DNA of 20,000 bases, taken from the IMG/VR virus record IMGVR_UViG_3300009502_000040; one strand, 5' to 3'. Every line of letters begins with the position of its first letter. The stretch's first letter is position 1. Of this stretch, positions 17,346 through 20,000 are shown piece by piece. The DNA comes from an uncultured virus (IMG/VR IMGVR_UViG_3300009502_000040). Its lineage: Duplodnaviria > Heunggongvirae > Uroviricota > Caudoviricetes. Under the pieces are notes generated by a model. The model was not told the DNA's origin. It saw only the letters and a program-made list of their open reading frames with translations, and searched no databases. A program made the translations under genes and the position numbers.

Positions 17346-17521
17346 ATAGCCGATGGGATTGGACAGCTAACGCCAGAACTGACAAGGAACTAAAGGAACT
17401 TGCTAAAGATTTGTATGATATGAAAATATTCACATCTTTTCAATGTGATTCCCATGATATGCTTATGGTATTTATGCCATTGTTATTCATTAATGCTCCA
17501 CCAAGCAAACGAATAAATTAA
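17342..17521 (+). CDS. Hypothetical 59-aa ORF; possibly the N-terminal half of a split gene
   Basis: Not in the track. ATGA overlap with the upstream gene; MNSRWDWTANARTDKELKELAKDLYDMKIFTSFQCDSHDMLMVFMPLLFINAPPSKRIN-TAA. Confidence 0.65.
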   Translation: MNSRWDWTANARTDKELKELAKDLYDMKIFTSFQCDSHDMLMVFMPLLFINAPPSKRIN

Positions 17522-17526
17522 ATTAT

Positions 17527-17751
17527 ATGTCCGATAAGCAACAATACGAATCTGAAACTCCTGAGCGTGAAGCATATATTGCTGGGATTGGAATGATTTA
17601 TGAATATTACGACAAGGCAGGACCCAGAGGAATAAACGGTAAGCCAATTTTCAGTAGCTGCCAACTAATGTCAAAAGGCGATGCCGATAAATTTGTTGAA
17701 ATTTACAAAGAATATTGTAAAGCCAGAGAAGAATTCGAAAAGAACTTTTAA
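17527..17751 (+). CDS. Hypothetical 74-aa ORF; possibly the C-terminal half of a split gene
   Basis: Contains IGMIYEYYDKAGPRGINGKPIFSSC. The frame is open upstream to 17494 and overlaps the end of the 17342-17521 ORF. Confidence 0.65.
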   Translation: MSDKQQYESETPEREAYIAGIGMIYEYYDKAGPRGINGKPIFSSCQLMSKGDADKFVEIYKEYCKAREEFEKNF

Positions 17752-17904
17752 TTATTTCTCTTTTTTTATTAGCCCCGCCCATTTTTTTTCCACTTCCGAT
17801 TCTCTTAATTCATATATTTCGTCATATTCACAAAGGCAAATATAAATCATTATCCCATCCTTGATATATTTTCCCAATATCTCTGGGTATTTCCTCTTTT
17901 CCAT
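17752..17904 (-). CDS. Small hypothetical protein, ~50 aa
   Basis: MEKRKYPEILGKYIKDGIMIYICLCEYDEIYELRESEVEKKWAGLIKKEK from the ATG at 17904. Its stop abuts the convergent gene's stop, and a class B motif lies upstream. Confidence 0.55.
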   Translation of the reverse strand: MEKRKYPEILGKYIKDGIMIYICLCEYDEIYELRESEVEKKWAGLIKKEK

Positions 17905-17930
17905 ACATAGCCTCAGTGTTTTTGCTGGTC

Positions 17931-17943
17931 TATATATTAAAAA
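17931..17943 (-). promoter_or_regulatory. Putative class B promoter TTTTTAATATATA
   Basis: Identical to the motif upstream of 14243; ~26 nt upstream of the 17904 ATG. Confidence 0.45.
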
Positions 17944-17946
17944 CTT

Positions 17947-17975
17947 AAACAAAAAAATCTTTTTGATATATATAA
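17947..17975 (+). promoter_or_regulatory. Putative class A promoter (AAAC-N18-TATATAA)
   Basis: AAAC AAAAAAATCTTTTTGATA TATATAA, 25 nt upstream of the topoisomerase ATG. It also resembles class B. Confidence 0.4.
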
Positions 17976-18000
17976 CCCACACGAAAAACAAATATATCGT

Positions 18001-20000
18001 ATGGTACCAAGCAAAACAATAGAAGAAAGATTTAAAAAATTAACCCCCAAAGAACATATCCTGAAAAAACCAGGTATGTATATTGGAAACATTTACACTG
18101 AACCAACTAAATTGTTTGTTTTTGAAGATATTAATGACCTTAAAAGTAACAAATTTGCTTATAAAGTAGTTGATTATAATGCTGGATTTTGCAAATTATA
18201 CGATGAAGTTCTGACCAATGCATCTGACCATTATATTCGTACAGGTAAAGTAAAATATATTAAAATAGATGTTGAACGGGATCATATTGTTATTGAAAAC
18301 GATGGACCAGGAATTCCAATCGAAATGCATAAAGAACACAATATATACGTTCCAGAATTGATTTTCGGAAATTTGCTTTCTGGTGAGAATTTTGACGAAA
18401 ATGAGAAAAGAATGGTCGGTGGAACCCATGGATTGGGTGTAAAGCTCTCTAATATTTTTTCTACCAAATTCATTATTGAAACTGCGGATGGAAAAAACAA
18501 ATACAAGCAGACGTTCATAAACAATATGGATAAGAAGACCAAACCAGAAATTTCCAAATCCAATAGAAATTATACGAGAATTACATTTTATCCAGATTTT
18601 AAGAAATTTGATATGGTTGAAATATCAGACGATGTTCAATCAATATTACTCAAACGAGCAATTGATATTGCAGCCTACAACCCAGACGTTAAAGTCTATT
18701 ATAATAAAACACTCATTCCAATCAAAACGTTTAAAGATTATGTTAAAATGTTTTTAACTGATGATGAAGAATTGTTTTACGAAAGATTGAATGATAACTG
18801 GGAAGTTTGTGTCGCCAAATCCCAAAATGATATGTTCCAACAAGTATCAATGGTAAATGGGGTATCTACAATAGTTGGTGGAACTCACGTGAATTTCATT
18901 TCAAATCAAATTGTTAGACTACTTGGCGAAAAAATAGAAAAAACAAACAAAGGCGTTAATGTTAAACAAAACATGATCAAAAGTCATTTGTTTTTATTTT
19001 TAAACTGCCGCATAACAAACCCAGAATTTGAAACTCAAAGTAAAGAAAATCTAACTTCCAAGCTTGGAAACGATATTATAAACAACCTTGAGTTATCTGA
19101 AGCCTTCATAAAAAAATTAGCAACATCAGAAATAAAAAACGATATTGTAAACTTTGCTACAATAAAGGAGTTTCAGGAAGCCAAAAAACAGACTTCCCAG
19201 AACGGTCAGAAGGCTAAGGTCAAAATAAACAAGCTGGATGACGCTAATAAGGCTGGTAAATCACCAGATAGTATGAGGTGCCAACTTTTCTTAACAGAAG
19301 GTGATTCAGCGGCATCGACCGCTAAAAGAGGTCGATCCATTATTGGGAATGACTACTTTGGAATATTCCCATTAAAGGGTAAGCCAATGAATGTTCGAAA
19401 CATATCACTTCAGAAAATGAGGGATGATGTTGAAATTGATAGTATCATCAAAGCCCTTGGACTTGAATTTGGTAAAAAATATAACACAACCAGAACTTTA
19501 AGATATGGTAAAGTTGTAATTATGAGTGATATGGATACTGATGGTAGCCATATAAAGGGGTTAATTGTGAACTTATTTGACACATACTGGCCCGAACTTC
19601 TGGAACTTGATTTTGTATATGAATTCATTACCCCATTAATAAAAATTAAGAAGGGGTTTGGTGCCAGTGCCCGTATAAAGTATTTCTATCGAATGAAAGA
19701 TTACAAAAAATGGAAAGATGATAATAAAGAAGGTGGCTGGTTCATAAAATATTATAAAGGTTTAGGTACAATCGAACCGCATGAAGCTAAGCTATTCTTT
19801 AAGGATTTAGCAAAACATCTCATCCGTTTTAATCCATCAGCAAAATTTGCCGATGATAGAAATATGGTCGATTTAGCTTTTAATAGTAAACGTATTGAAG
19901 ACCGTAAAAAATGGCTACTTGGATATAAACCTACTCAAGAACTGGACAAATTTACAACCAAACAAACATATGAATCATTTTTCAATAATGAATTTATTGA
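18001..20000 (+). CDS. top2: Type IIA DNA topoisomerase, eukaryote/NCLDV-like single chain (3'-truncated by the window)
   Basis: Not in the track because there is no stop in the window. Motifs: EHILKKPGMYIG, DEVLTNASD, NDGPGIP, PELIFGNLLSGENFD, GGTHGLGVKL, GGTHV, LDDANKAG, LTEGDSA, PLKGKPMN, IMSDMDTDGSHIKGL, KYYKGLGT, LAF...DRKKWL, then continuing in frame to TYESFFNNEFI. Confidence 0.95.
   Translation, partial: MVPSKTIEERFKKLTPKEHILKKPGMYIGNIYTEPTKLFVFEDINDLKSNKFAYKVVDYNAGFCKLYDEVLTNASDHYIRTGKVKYIKIDVERDHIVIENDGPGIPIEMHKEHNIYVPELIFGNLLSGENFDENEKRMVGGTHGLGVKLSNIFSTKFIIETADGKNKYKQTFINNMDKKTKPEISKSNRNYTRITFYPDFKKFDMVEISDDVQSILLKRAIDIAAYNPDVKVYYNKTLIPIKTFKDYVKMFLTDDEELFYERLNDNWEVCVAKSQNDMFQQVSMVNGVSTIVGGTHVNFISNQIVRLLGEKIEKTNKGVNVKQNMIKSHLFLFLNCRITNPEFETQSKENLTSKLGNDIINNLELSEAFIKKLATSEIKNDIVNFATIKEFQEAKKQTSQNGQKAKVKINKLDDANKAGKSPDSMRCQLFLTEGDSAASTAKRGRSIIGNDYFGIFPLKGKPMNVRNISLQKMRDDVEIDSIIKALGLEFGKKYNTTRTLRYGKVVIMSDMDTDGSHIKGLIVNLFDTYWPELLELDFVYEFITPLIKIKKGFGASARIKYFYRMKDYKKWKDDNKEGGWFIKYYKGLGTIEPHEAKLFFKDLAKHLIRFNPSAKFADDRNMVDLAFNSKRIEDRKKWLLGYKPTQELDKFTTKQTYESFFNNEFI

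Noticed and set aside
17905..17991. N-terminal extension of the 17752-17991 ORF given in the track
   Set aside because: It runs through the AT-rich divergent promoter region from a non-ATG start; the ATG at 17904 is more plausible.
504..19628. Short shadow ORFs in the track (e.g. 504-698, 1261-1515, 1737-2162, 2078-2341, 6720-6971, 10074-10346, 13876-14187, 14976-15251, 16432-16686, 18196-18563, 19410-19628)
   Set aside because: They lie antisense or out of frame within well-supported longer genes and have implausible composition.
1..20000. tRNA, rRNA, CRISPR array, intron/intein or transposase
   Set aside because: Intergenic gaps are short (about 110 nt or less once hidden ORFs are included) and AT-rich. 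Helicase and topoisomerase motif spacing leaves no room for inteins, and I saw no repeat-spacer or transposase motifs.

Overview
AT-rich, gene-dense viral DNA in the standard genetic code, most consistent with a large tailed (jumbo/huge) phage. Shine-Dalgarno sites are not evident, which hints at a Bacteroidota-type host (inference). Contents from left to right: a partial OB-fold-like ORF and a small ribbon-helix-helix gene; a minus-strand UvsY-like/hypothetical/UvsW recombination module; three probable virion genes (1078, 1157 and 243 aa); six small minus-strand genes; a DinG/XPD-like Fe-S helicase; a repeat plus winged-HTH protein; small hypotheticals; and the first ~666 codons of a single-chain, eukaryote/NCLDV-like type IIA topoisomerase that the ORF track misses. 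The most striking signal is a set of short peptide tags. Six mostly unrelated small proteins end in [R/Q]-F-D-[L/M]-stop with synonymous codon variation; one of them is visible only after repairing a frameshift. Most genes in the small-gene cluster also start with an N-terminus resembling the T4 capsid-targeting sequence. The two large virion proteins are strongly enriched in S-G-x-T. Two putative promoter classes (AAAC-N18-YRTAA and TTTTTWATATATA) roughly separate replication genes from structural/cargo genes. No database searches were run; all product calls come from motif recognition.
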